Translations under genes and position numbers: made by a program
Shown here: piece by piece, positions 1 to 9,058 of the stretch
How positions within the stretch are numbered: position 1 is the first letter of the stretch
How the letters are laid out: the number at the start of each line of letters is the position of its first letter
The notes under the pieces: generated by a model
The model's database searches: none
The model's input: the letters and a program-made list of their open reading frames with translations, nothing else
Told to the model about the DNA's origin: nothing
Assembly: GCA_018823705.1 (NCBI GenBank)
Contig: JAHJHP010000009.1
Location: 1 to 55,280, forward strand
Length of the DNA stretch: 55,280 bases
From: Candidatus Omnitrophota bacterium
Lineage (GTDB): Bacteria; Omnitrophota; Gorgyraeia; 2-01-FULL-45-10
Direction of reading: 5' to 3'

Positions 1-1500
1 AGTATTTAAACTGGTTATTACAGCTTGTAGAGCTTGCTCGGCTGTTATCTTACTATTTAAAACAGACTCTTTTGCGGCTAATGCCATCTGCGCGGCTATG
101 AGATCCTGACCGATTTTTTCTTCGAGCAGCCTGGCTGCGCTTAATGCCTTATCCGCGATATCATAATCGTTCTCGGATGCCAAATACAGGGCATAGAGAG
201 CGGTGTATTCTGCTTGCTTATCATTATTTGAGATTTGGGCGTCATTCAATACTCGAATGGCTGTATCAAGGTCAGCGTATGCCTGATCTTTCGCGGTGGC
301 CTTAGTCATAAGATCCTCGCTTGCCTCATCAAGACTGACCTGATATACTTCCCGGAGATGTTTATTATCTTCATATATCTTAGATGCCGCCTCGAACTCT
401 CTTTGCGCCCCACTTATCAGATCATCTGTTATGACTTCCCCGTCTTTGATTATGCTTAATAGGGCTCCTTCCTTATTATAGGCAGCTATACCACCGTCTT
501 TTTCCACTGTGACAGATGACATAGAGTAATCTTCACCTACGATATACCTATATATAGTGCCATCGGCGGCTATACATTGGGTAAGGGTGGAGCTTGCCGT
601 TCCGTCAGCATTATTCTCTATATCAAATGTAAAGACGTTATTATCGGAAGTTGTGACTTTTGATATAACGCCATTCTGATATTCAACCTTTTTATTACTC
701 GCCCTAAATTCCACCTTCGTTAATTTATTATCACGTCCGTAATAGGACCACTTTTCCGGATCCTTAAGAACCGTCTCTATAACAGCCCCTTCAGTATCCT
801 TTATATATAAGAAGTCGACGGTCTTATTATCAGGGTATGAAATCGACGAAATAGTCTTATCCTCATTATAATTAAAGGTAACGCCATCGGGTTTAGTTAT
901 TAAGACGACTTTACCGTTTGCGACGACCTCAATAGACCCGTCCGAATATGCTATATTTGCAGCGAGTAGATTACCGGCTTCATCTATTAAGAGATCCCGC
1001 AAGACCGTGCCGTCTTCCTGCTCTATGCGATCTATCTTATTATTCAGATAATAGATAATATCCCCGGATTGTGTAGTCACTGAAAGAACTGAATCGGCAT
1101 TACCTGATGGCGCGGCGCTATTCGCGGGCGCCATAGCCGCGGAAGGATCCACGGTGGGTTCCACAGAATAACTTCCCTTAGGTCCCTGAAGCTCAATAGA
1201 CTCATCCGGATCAATGTCGCTTGTTTCTGAGGTTGAGGCGCTTGTAACCAGTGACTGTGTGTTCATGATATCTTCCACGAACTGCTTCTGGTCTATCATG
1301 CTTTCATGGATGGCCTGCTGATCCTGGATATAGCCCGGGGCAAACGTCTGCGATTGCTCTATGCTCAATTTTTCGATTGAATTGTCAATCGAACTTATCG
1401 GCATATCAGCCCCCCACATTATCTGCTGCATAAAAAAAGAAAAGGCCACGATACCTGCTGTGGCCTTAAAACCTATCCCCGTCTTCAGTTTAGTTATCAT
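1..1500 (-). CDS. Large secreted/surface protein, N-terminal 500 aa only (runs off the left edge; absent from the ORF track)
   Basis: Hand translation from ATG at 1500 (SD-like GAGGCGG upstream) is open to base 1. It shows a signal-peptide-like start MITKLKTGIGFKATAGIVAFSFFMQQIMWGA, an acidic Ser/Thr/Pro linker, beta-hairpin YD-like units (ITKPDGVTFNYNEDKTISSISYPDNKTVDFLY), then an Ala/Leu/Glu-rich coiled-coil-like region. Confidence 0.88.
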   Translation of the reverse strand, partial: MITKLKTGIGFKATAGIVAFSFFMQQIMWGADMPISSIDNSIEKLSIEQSQTFAPGYIQDQQAIHESMIDQKQFVEDIMNTQSLVTSASTSETSDIDPDESIELQGPKGSYSVEPTVDPSAAMAPANSAAPSGNADSVLSVTTQSGDIIYYLNNKIDRIEQEDGTVLRDLLIDEAGNLLAANIAYSDGSIEVVANGKVVLITKPDGVTFNYNEDKTISSISYPDNKTVDFLYIKDTEGAVIETVLKDPEKWSYYGRDNKLTKVEFRASNKKVEYQNGVISKVTTSDNNVFTFDIENNADGTASSTLTQCIAADGTIYRYIVGEDYSMSSVTVEKDGGIAAYNKEGALLSIIKDGEVITDDLISGAQREFEAASKIYEDNKHLREVYQVSLDEASEDLMTKATAKDQAYADLDTAIRVLNDAQISNNDKQAEYTALYALYLASENDYDIADKALSAARLLEEKIGQDLIAAQMALAAKESVLNSKITAEQALQAVITSLNT

Positions 1501-1528
1501 ATACCGCCTCACTTTCTATCGTGAAACG

Positions 1529-1557
1529 AGTATATCACACTATTTGCGATTTGTCAA
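1529..1557 (-). promoter_or_regulatory. Sigma70-type promoter for the large secreted protein
   Basis: Minus strand reads TTGACA (1557-1552), 17 bp, then TATACT (1534-1529) with extended -10 TGn, about 30 bp upstream of the ATG. Confidence 0.8.
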
Positions 1558-1579
1558 CTTTTATTTGATGATTTGTCAA
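1541..1579. promoter_or_regulatory. Direct repeat overlapping the -35 box, possible operator
   Basis: GATTTGTCAA at 1548-1557 and 1570-1579 (22 bp period), each preceded by TATTTG (1541, 1562). Confidence 0.45.
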
Positions 1580-1626
1580 ATCCTCCTTTTAAGATAAACA
1601 CATCGTAGTTCGTAAAAAATGGTTTT

Positions 1627-2565
1627 CTATGCTAACCTATCGCCGATACCGAGCTTATGTCCACGCAGGAAAGAATCGGTGTCAAGGATCTTGCCGCCCT
1701 CAAGCTGAAGATATTTTATCACAATAGCGCCGGAACCGGTATTCACCACTATGCCCATATTTTTGATGATATCCAGCACCTCTCCGGGTTTCGCCTCACT
1801 ACCGTCCGGATATGTGATAAGCTCTGTATGTAGTATCTTTAATGTCTTTCCCGCGCACCTGGTGTATGCGCCTGGCCACGGTAATAAGCCTTTCACTCTG
1901 TTATGGATGGTCGCAGCGGGTAAACTCCAGTCGATAACGCCGTCCTCCTTCTTCAGCTTAGGGGCCGGTGTGGCCTGGGTTTTGTCCTGTTTCTGATAGG
2001 TCGCTCTTCCGGACTCTATCAGCTCTAAGGCATCCATCAATACTTGGGCACCGAGAGCGGATAACGCTTCGCTGAGCGTAATATTAGTGTCATCAGCGTC
2101 TATCGCAGCCTCACTCTTCAGTATTATATCTCCTTCATCCATCTGTTCATTCATCCTGATGATAGTGACGCCGCTCGACTTGTCGCCGTTCATGATCGCC
2201 CAATTAGTCGGCGCGGCTCCGCGGTATCTTGGAAGGAGCGAACCGTGCAGGTTTATAGCCGATAGTTTAGGGATGCCGAGCGCTTCCTGCTTCAGTATCT
2301 GACCGAATGCTATTACCACGAATAAATCGGCACCCAGCTTCTTCAGGTATTCGATCGACTCCCTACCGGAGGCGTCCTCCGGCTGATAAACGGGGATGCC
2401 GTGCGTCTCAGCCACAACTTTAGTCGGCGGGGGCTGAATCTTGAGGTTACGCCCGCGCTTCCTGTCCGGCTGAGTAACAAGCGCCAGCACCCTGTGCTTC
2501 GAGGCGATAAGCGCCCTAAACGCCGGGATCGCGAACTCCGCAGTACCGAAAAAGACTATAATCAT
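1627..2565 (-). CDS. fmt: Methionyl-tRNA formyltransferase
   Basis: IVFFGTAEFA start, VTQPDRKRGR, INLHGSLLPRYRGAAP signature, MDEGDII, PWPGAY; AAGGAG SD. Confidence 0.97.
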   Translation of the reverse strand: MIIVFFGTAEFAIPAFRALIASKHRVLALVTQPDRKRGRNLKIQPPPTKVVAETHGIPVYQPEDASGRESIEYLKKLGADLFVVIAFGQILKQEALGIPKLSAINLHGSLLPRYRGAAPTNWAIMNGDKSSGVTIIRMNEQMDEGDIILKSEAAIDADDTNITLSEALSALGAQVLMDALELIESGRATYQKQDKTQATPAPKLKKEDGVIDWSLPAATIHNRVKGLLPWPGAYTRCAGKTLKILHTELITYPDGSEAKPGEVLDIIKNMGIVVNTGSGAIVIKYLQLEGGKILDTDSFLRGHKLGIGDRLA

Positions 2566-2583
2566 CTACGCTCCTTTATAGTT

Positions 2584-2715
2584 TAAGGGGACGTGTCACT
2601 TTGGGACACTCCACTTTTTAAATTAACTCTAAGTAGCCCGAGCTTAAGCCTAGGCTACTACTAATTAGCTATTGGTTCTCTTATGTGGAGTGTCCCAAAG
2701 TGACACGTCCCCTTA
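2584..2715. repeat. 132-bp REPIN/MITE-like element with perfect 31-bp terminal inverted repeats and a nested 26-bp GTAG-type palindrome
   Basis: TAAGGGGACGTGTCACTTTGGGACACTCCAC (2584-2614) is the exact reverse complement of 2685-2715. Each arm holds a GTGTC/GACAC mini-hairpin. Internal GTAGCCCGAGCTTAAGCCTAGGCTAC lies at 2633-2658. Confidence 0.85.
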
Positions 2716-2723
2716 TCGTCTGC

Positions 2724-4724
2724 TCACATAGAGATCGGGTCGACGTCGACCGCGATCAGGACGCCGTGCGGTTTACGGAAACTACCCAGGACTTTCTTCA
2801 GAAACGCGCACATGGCGACCTTGTCCTTGCCCTTCAATAATATATTGTACCTGAAGTATCCGCGCATCCTCGCCATTGGAGCGGGAGCCGGCCCAGCGAT
2901 CATAGCGTCCTTATCTTCAGCCCTCAGCGCCTCCGCCAACTCTACCGCCGCCTGCCGGGTCATCTCATCGTTCCTGGCCCTCACCACTACTTTCACAAGA
3001 CTGACAAATGGCGGAAATAGAAGCTCCTTCCGCGATATTATCTCCTCATCATAGAACTTATCGTAATCATGCTTGGCCGCTGCCAGTATCGCGTAATGGC
3101 TCGGCGCATAGGTCTGCACTATGACCTCTCCGCCGTCCTCGCCGCGGCCTGCCCGGCCTCCCACCTGAGTAAGCAGGTTAAAAGTCCTCTCGCTCGAACG
3201 GAAGTCCGGTATATTGAGTGTCACATCCGCCGAGACGACACCAACGAGCGTAACCTGCGGAAAGTCAAGGCCCTTAGCGATCATCTGAGTGCCTACGAGC
3301 ATCTTCACTTCACCCGACTTGAATTTACTCAGTATCCTGTCGTGAGACCCCTTCTTGGCGGTCGTATCCGAATCCATCCTCGCCATCTTAACATGCGAAA
3401 AGGCATGGCTGAGCTCCGACTCCACTTTCTCCGTGCCGAGGCCGGAATACCGTATGTAGCCGGATTTGCATTTCGGACAGATGTCGGGCGGAGCCTGATG
3501 ATAATTGCAATAGTGGCAGATCAGCTTCTTCTCTTCGAAATGGTAGACCATGACCGCATCGCACCGCCTGCACTTAACTACGAGCCCGCACTTCTTACAA
3601 TTGATAAATGTCGAAAAGCCGCGCCTGTTCAGGAATATTATCACCTGTTTGCCCGCTTTGAGGGCATTATCCACGGCATCGAGCAGGACCCTTGAGAATA
3701 TCGTAAGCTTCTTTCTTGTGGCCAGGTCCATCCTCATGTCGACTATCTTCACTTTAGGCAGCAGCCTGTCATCAACACGCCTGGTAAGCCGTATAAGCTT
3801 ATAGTCGCCCCGCTTAGCCTTGTAGTAAGATTCGAGTGAGGGGGTCGCGCTTCCCAGGATGAGCGGGCATTTGTTGAGCCTGGACCTCTCCTCGGCGACA
3901 TCGCGGGCGTGATAGCGCGGCACATCATCCTGCTTATACGTCGTCTCGTGCTCTTCATCTATTATTATGAGGCCGAGCCTCGACATGGGCGCGAATATAG
4001 CCGAACGCGCGCCCACAACTATATCGGCCTTGCCGTCCTTTATCTTCTTCCATTCCAGGAATCTCTTAGCCGGAGTGAGATGCGAATGCGTTACCGCGAC
4101 GCGGTGGCCGAACCTGGCGACGAAGCGTTCTATCGTCTGTGGCGTAAGCGCTATTTCCGGGACGAGCATGATCGCCTGCTTTCCCATTTGCAATATGGCA
4201 TCTATAGCCTGTAAGTAGACCTCCGTCTTGCCGCTCGAAGTTATGCCGTGAAGCAGGAATGTCCTGGCCTCGCCCTTATCGACACACTCCACTATCTCCT
4301 TCAACGCCTTATCCTGCTCCTCCATCAGAACGTGCGGATCCGTTATGACAAAGTCTTCGGCTCTTATCTCCGGTACCTTGATCCTCGATCCTATACTCTC
4401 CTTACCCTTCTTTATCCCGCCCGGTATGACGGCGCCTATCGCTTCACCCCACGAACAGAAGTAATTTTCACCTATCCACTTCGTCAGCTTGAGCAACTCC
4501 TCCGTCAGGATCGGCTCTTTATCGATAACTCCCATTACCCCCTTCACATCCCTCACTTCAGGGGCATCACTGAATCCCACGACATATCCGACGGTGGTCC
4601 TGGGGCCGAACGGCACAAAGACCCGCGCGCCGATCTTGACGTTGCTAGAAAGCTCTTCCGGTATGCTGTACTGGAAGAGCTTGTCTATGGGCAGTGAAAT
4701 AGCTACTTCTGCGAATTTAGTCAT
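2724..4724 (-). CDS. priA: Primosomal protein N' (replication restart helicase)
   Basis: VPFG N-terminal domain, Walker A GITSSGKTEVY, LVPEIALTPQ, DEEH, four CxxC pairs, GTQMIAKGLDFP, QVGGRAGR, terminal DVDP. Confidence 0.97.
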   Translation of the reverse strand: MTKFAEVAISLPIDKLFQYSIPEELSSNVKIGARVFVPFGPRTTVGYVVGFSDAPEVRDVKGVMGVIDKEPILTEELLKLTKWIGENYFCSWGEAIGAVIPGGIKKGKESIGSRIKVPEIRAEDFVITDPHVLMEEQDKALKEIVECVDKGEARTFLLHGITSSGKTEVYLQAIDAILQMGKQAIMLVPEIALTPQTIERFVARFGHRVAVTHSHLTPAKRFLEWKKIKDGKADIVVGARSAIFAPMSRLGLIIIDEEHETTYKQDDVPRYHARDVAEERSRLNKCPLILGSATPSLESYYKAKRGDYKLIRLTRRVDDRLLPKVKIVDMRMDLATRKKLTIFSRVLLDAVDNALKAGKQVIIFLNRRGFSTFINCKKCGLVVKCRRCDAVMVYHFEEKKLICHYCNYHQAPPDICPKCKSGYIRYSGLGTEKVESELSHAFSHVKMARMDSDTTAKKGSHDRILSKFKSGEVKMLVGTQMIAKGLDFPQVTLVGVVSADVTLNIPDFRSSERTFNLLTQVGGRAGRGEDGGEVIVQTYAPSHYAILAAAKHDYDKFYDEEIISRKELLFPPFVSLVKVVVRARNDEMTRQAAVELAEALRAEDKDAMIAGPAPAPMARMRGYFRYNILLKGKDKVAMCAFLKKVLGSFRKPHGVLIAVDVDPISM

Positions 4725-4760
4725 TTGATTATAAGCAATGGTTCATTTGTATAGTAAGCT

Positions 4761-4851
4761 GTCATTGCGAGGAGGTTATTGTTTTCGTATTTACCGACGA
4801 AGCAATCTCGTTTTTGAGATTGCTTCGGATGCTTCGCATCCTCGCAATGAC
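4761..4851. repeat. Intergenic multi-stem palindromic element (GTCATTGCGAG...CTCGCAATGAC type; REP/RPE-like)
   Basis: Outer 13-bp IR GTCATTGCGAGGA/TCCTCGCAATGAC. Inner 12-bp IR CGAAGCAATCTC (4798-4809)/GAGATTGCTTCG (4816-4827). Small hairpin GGATGC-TTC-GCATCC. Confidence 0.85.
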
Positions 4852-4862
4852 GAAGGTTATAA

Positions 4863-5543
4863 TCACAACAGCTTTTTGATCTTCTTCATGTCTTTCCAGA
4901 CTAATTTTTTATCGTGCGGGTTTCTTAACAGATACGCCGGATGGTACGTCGGCATCACTTTTATGCCTTCATACTCATAAAGGTTACCGCGCAGTTCGCC
5001 GATCGTCGTTTCCGTCTTTAGCAGCATCTGGCTCGCGAACTTACCGAGAGTGCATATTACTTTTGGCTTGATGATGGCTATCTGGCGCCTCACATTTTCC
5101 CGGCAGGCCTGTATCTCCTCCGGAAGCGGCGGGCGGTTTTCGGGCGGACGGCACTTCAATAAATTGGCGATATAGACGTCTTCCCGCCTCAAATCCATAG
5201 CCTCTATGATCTTTGTCAGGAGCTGCCCTGCCCGTCCGACGAACGGCAGGCCCTGCTTATCCTCTTCCGAGCCCGGAGCCTCTCCTACGAACATGAGGCC
5301 GGCCCTCGGGTTACCTGCTCCGAAGACGACGTTGAGCCTCGTCTTCGCCAGCTTGCACGCGTGACACTCGGAGACCTCCCTCTTAAGGCGTCCGAGTTCG
5401 CTGTCAACGCTAACAGCGTCGGCAGCGTTCGTCGCACATCGAGCCGCAGGTTCCGTGGAAAAGAACTCTTCCACCCCGGACTCGCGCTCGAGCCCGATAT
5501 AAGACTTTACCGACCTGATCATATCCTGAAGTTCTCCGCTCAT
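4863..5543 (-). CDS. Uracil-DNA glycosylase, family 4 (Fe-S)
   Basis: [46 protein letters not shown] motifs. Confidence 0.95.
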   Translation of the reverse strand: MSGELQDMIRSVKSYIGLERESGVEEFFSTEPAARCATNAADAVSVDSELGRLKREVSECHACKLAKTRLNVVFGAGNPRAGLMFVGEAPGSEEDKQGLPFVGRAGQLLTKIIEAMDLRREDVYIANLLKCRPPENRPPLPEEIQACRENVRRQIAIIKPKVICTLGKFASQMLLKTETTIGELRGNLYEYEGIKVMPTYHPAYLLRNPHDKKLVWKDMKKIKKLL

Positions 5544-6673
5544 TTCGTTACCGCTGCCTCAAGGGCCAGTTTCGCTACGTCATAACAAGACGCGGGTTTC
5601 TTTATCTTCTGTATTTCACTTCTCATGCTGACCAATCGTTCGGGATGAGAAGTTAACTTCTCGAGCGCTTCACGAAGGTCATCGATCTTATCCACTTTGA
5701 TTGCCGCGCCGTGGCTTACCAGGAATGAGCTATTACGCGTCTCCTGTCCGATTATCGGAGCTATGACGACCATGGGCAGTTCCTTGGCCAGGCTCTCGCT
5801 CACCGTTATGCCTCCCGACTTGGAGATCAGGAGGTCCGCTATCTCCATATACTCGTATACGTTATTCACAAAACCGAACACGACCATCTTATCTTTGAAA
5901 TTCAATTTCAAAGCTTCGAGCCGCTTCACAAGTTCTTCGTTATGGCCGCATATCGCGATAATCTGCATCGGGCGGGATATGCTGTCTATTATCTTCACAA
6001 TAGCCTCGATCGGCCCCACACCGAACCCTCCTCCTATCACAAGCGCCGTGAGACGGTCATCCTTCATGCCCGTCTTATCCAATATCGCCTGGCCGTCCAG
6101 TGGCTTTGAAAATATCGGTTCGACCGGTATGCCGAGGACTTTTATCCGCGGCTCCTCCACTCCCCATTTTATGAGATCGCCCTTAGTATCTTCGCAGGCA
6201 ACTACGTAAGCGTCTGTCTTATCCGCGATCCACCATGAGTGCGACCCGTAATCGGTGATCACCGTGATAAGGCGGGATCTCAGTATCCCTTGTTTCTTCA
6301 TGTCGCCTATCACTTCGCTAGCGAAGAAATGAGTAGAGATTATTGCGTCCGGCTTCCACTCTAAGAGATATTCGCGCAGCTTTTTTGAGTTGAACCAGTT
6401 ATTGAGCCTTCTTAATTTTGAGACGAGTATATTAACAAGCGGATTATCCGTAAAATAATAGGATAGCCCCCAGAAGGTAGGCGTCTTATTCACCATGAAG
6501 AGGTACATCTGCAGATATAGCCATTTAAAGAACGGACCTGTATAGTCCAGCGCGTCTATTAGCCGGACTTCCGTGTCCGCAGGCGCCATCTCATCCAGCG
6601 CCGCTTTCACCGCCTGCGCCGCTTTCTTATGCCCTATACCGGCCGTCGCGTATGCTATCAGTATCTTTCTCAT
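5540..6673 (-). CDS. MGDG synthase/UgtP-like diacylglycerol glycosyltransferase (GT28)
   Basis: ATAGIGHKKAA, IISTHFF, TVITDY, GIPV, GGGFG, ISKSGGITVSE, PIIGQETRN. Confidence 0.85.
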   Translation of the reverse strand: MRKILIAYATAGIGHKKAAQAVKAALDEMAPADTEVRLIDALDYTGPFFKWLYLQMYLFMVNKTPTFWGLSYYFTDNPLVNILVSKLRRLNNWFNSKKLREYLLEWKPDAIISTHFFASEVIGDMKKQGILRSRLITVITDYGSHSWWIADKTDAYVVACEDTKGDLIKWGVEEPRIKVLGIPVEPIFSKPLDGQAILDKTGMKDDRLTALVIGGGFGVGPIEAIVKIIDSISRPMQIIAICGHNEELVKRLEALKLNFKDKMVVFGFVNNVYEYMEIADLLISKSGGITVSESLAKELPMVVIAPIIGQETRNSSFLVSHGAAIKVDKIDDLREALEKLTSHPERLVSMRSEIQKIKKPASCYDVAKLALEAAVTK

Positions 6674-7275
6674 CGTTTTCTGCCTTCCTTTTCTCTTCGC
6701 CTCGAGCGCTCAGTCTTTCTTCTCTCTTTTACGAGAAGCCACTTCACCGCTTCTAAAAAGTCTTTGAAGATATAGTCCGGCTTGACCTTCCAGGCCTTCA
6801 TCCCGTTCATATCGGTCTTGCCGGAAAGCACTAATATCGTACTCAGGCCCGCGAGCCTGCCCGCCAGAATATCCATCTCGCCATCCCCTATCATATAGGT
6901 ATCGCGGGCCGTCACGCTGTACTTCCTGATGGCTGCCTCGAGCATGCCCGGTTTCGGCTTCCTGCATTTACAGTTATCTTCGTTGGTGTGAGGACAGTAA
7001 AATACCTCGCTAATATTGCCGCCGCCCTTCTTTATTTCGGCCAGCATAGTGCTCGTTATCTCATTCAGCCTGTCTTTTGTAAAGAACCCCTTATTTATCC
7101 CGGCCTGGTTGGATACGACTATCACCTGTACCCGGTTGCGATTTAAGAGCGCCAGCGCCTCGATAGCGCCCGGCAGGAAGTGAAAGTCCTTCAGCTCGGT
7201 CACATACTCATGCCTGGTCCAGCCGCCCGGATCTTTATTGATGACACCGTCTCTATCGATGAATAACGTCTTCAT
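6670..7275 (-). CDS. gmhB: D-glycero-D-manno-heptose 1,7-bisphosphate phosphatase (HAD IIIA)
   Basis: FIDRDGVIN, VSNQAG, YCPH...CKCRKPKPGML, MIGD; LPS-type context. Confidence 0.8.
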   Translation of the reverse strand: MKTLFIDRDGVINKDPGGWTRHEYVTELKDFHFLPGAIEALALLNRNRVQVIVVSNQAGINKGFFTKDRLNEITSTMLAEIKKGGGNISEVFYCPHTNEDNCKCRKPKPGMLEAAIRKYSVTARDTYMIGDGEMDILAGRLAGLSTILVLSGKTDMNGMKAWKVKPDYIFKDFLEAVKWLLVKERRKTERSRRREKEGRKR

Positions 7276-8651
7276 ATTTTAATATCCTCTTTCAGCATAT
7301 GGGCGAGCCACAAGACAACGAGCGGCAGAAAATGCAGCATGAACCTACCCCACGTCTTGCTCGTGAAGAATACGACATCCACATAAGATACCATATAGAA
7401 TAGCACATATCCGCAGAAAGCCAGTATAAGCGATATTGAAATATATCTCTGCTCGGGGGCGAATATCTTCCTGGAGTGGAATATCGCGGCATATATCGCG
7501 ATCGGCCATAACAGTATCCACTTCTTCGGCCCGAATAACTGTTTCTGGAACTCATAAAGTATGGGCCCCATTTTATACAGCTGTTTAAACAGGTAAACCG
7601 GGTTCAGGTTGAAAAGGTTGATCTCGTCATTCACGATCCCGAACCTCTGTTTTACCCATATCCACGGGGCAAGTATCAGGGCTATTATAAAGACATACAT
7701 TACCGGAGCTATGGTAACTTTCCACGACGTATCTTTACGCGCCAGGACTGAAACAAAGAGCACTATCGAAGCATTTATAACGCAATAAAGCATGCCTTCG
7801 TTCTTGGTCCATCCGGCGAGCGCGACGAGTACAGCCGACAATCCCAGAATATGCAGGTCCTTCTTCTCTTTTATCCAGGCAAAGAGGAATATGGCGCTCG
7901 CGAAATAATAGAATGCAAGCGGCAGCTCCTGATACGCATTAGCCGCATAGGCATTGAACATCGGAATGCTCGCCAGCAGGAATGTGAAGAGCAGCGCGTA
8001 TGCGCGGCTCGCGAACCGGCGTATAGCGAAGTAGAGGATACAGAGTATTCCCACGAAGAAGAGCGGAAATATTAGCTTCACAAGCTGGTCATTCAGGTTT
8101 CTCATGGCCAAGTATAAAAAAGTCTCGCTAAGCGGTATATTCAGAGGATAGTCCGGGTGCGGAAAACCGTGGACCAGGCCCGGAAAATAGTTCTGCGGTA
8201 TGGCTTTTGCCAGAAAGAAGATCTTCGACTTTATCGCATATATAGCTACTGCGTCATACGCTTCAATGGGTTTTATGAGCGCCCTGAAAAAAGCGTAGGC
8301 CACTTCGAGCGTTATGCCGCACGTCAGGAAGATACTCAATGCTCTGTTCTTTTCTTTCGGAATGGTAGATCGTTCGCTGAAAGTGAACCCATCGCCGTAC
8401 TTCATATGCCGGTACACATTAATTGTAACGAGGATAGTCCACGGGATCAAAATTACCGGCACGCTGAACGTCAGGCCGAGTAAATAGAATATGAGCATCT
8501 CGAGCGATATGGTTCCGAGGCCGAGGGCGAACGAAATGAAGACCGCCTCCGAGAAAGATAGTTTATCGAACTTACCGAGCACTATGTACAGGACGTTAAA
8601 TCCGATAAATGTGGCCACCATCAGGGTGGCAATTAAGCTGATAAGTTCCAC
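7272..8651 (-). CDS. Multi-pass membrane glycosyltransferase, GT-C/ArnT-PMT-like
   Basis: About 12 hydrophobic segments; acidic first-loop motif YDAVAIYAIKSK, HPDYPL, WTKNEG; GTG start. Confidence 0.65.
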   Translation of the reverse strand: MELISLIATLMVATFIGFNVLYIVLGKFDKLSFSEAVFISFALGLGTISLEMLIFYLLGLTFSVPVILIPWTILVTINVYRHMKYGDGFTFSERSTIPKEKNRALSIFLTCGITLEVAYAFFRALIKPIEAYDAVAIYAIKSKIFFLAKAIPQNYFPGLVHGFPHPDYPLNIPLSETFLYLAMRNLNDQLVKLIFPLFFVGILCILYFAIRRFASRAYALLFTFLLASIPMFNAYAANAYQELPLAFYYFASAIFLFAWIKEKKDLHILGLSAVLVALAGWTKNEGMLYCVINASIVLFVSVLARKDTSWKVTIAPVMYVFIIALILAPWIWVKQRFGIVNDEINLFNLNPVYLFKQLYKMGPILYEFQKQLFGPKKWILLWPIAIYAAIFHSRKIFAPEQRYISISLILAFCGYVLFYMVSYVDVVFFTSKTWGRFMLHFLPLVVLWLAHMLKEDIKI

Positions 8652-8656
8652 AGGCG

Positions 8657-9058
8657 CTACTCCTCTACTCTCTTGATCGTATATTGAGAGATATCGATTA
8701 TAAAATCGGGATCCGCGGTTTTAACATTCGGATATAGATAGTAAACGGCCTTTCTCGATTCCAGGGCTCCCTCGTCCATTCCTATTATATTATATGCGCT
8801 ATTTTCAGGCATCGTCGTCTTGCAATAAGTTAAAAAATCGTACAGCCTGTCGCCTGTTACATAGGAGTGTTTACCTTCAAGCGTCCTGGTCAGTAGATTT
8901 TTATAATCACGGATATTATTCTTTACGAAGAGCTCTCTCGCCAGGAATCCTATCCATAGGACAACCCAGACGATAAATAATATCTTTAAGATTGCTTCGG
9001 GCCTTCGGCCCTCGCAATGACGGTGTATTTTGTCCTTATACCACATTTTCAACGACAT
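8657..9058 (-). CDS. Small membrane-anchored hypothetical protein with a palindrome-derived N-terminal peptide
   Basis: TGATG overlap with the upstream stop, one TM segment (ILFIVWVVLWIGFLA), and a YYLYP motif like the soluble tails of GT-C proteins. Confidence 0.75.
   Translation of the reverse strand: MSLKMWYKDKIHRHCEGRRPEAILKILFIVWVVLWIGFLARELFVKNNIRDYKNLLTRTLEGKHSYVTGDRLYDFLTYCKTTMPENSAYNIIGMDEGALESRKAVYYLYPNVKTADPDFIIDISQYTIKRVEE
8989..9022. repeat. Half copy of the 4761-4851 palindromic element, in frame within a CDS
   Basis: AGATTGCTTCGG-GCCTTCGGCC-CTCGCAATGACG matches the right half of the intergenic element. The minus strand encodes RHCEGRRPEAI. Confidence 0.85.

Noticed and set aside
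1-1500. Rhs polymorphic toxin
   Set aside because: The YD-like hairpins are few and are followed by a coiled coil. No Rhs core end motif or immunity gene is visible, and the C-terminus is outside the window.
2584-4851. CRISPR array, tRNA, cobalamin riboswitch or simple intrinsic terminator for the two intergenic hairpins
   Set aside because: There is no repeat-spacer periodicity, no cloverleaf, no B12-box I can recognise, and no U-tract after the outer stems on the coding strand.
4738-4980. 80-aa plus-strand ORF containing LSLRG...EIASDASHPRND
   Set aside because: It is a translation of the palindromic repeat plus antisense udg, which is a typical spurious repeat-derived ORF.
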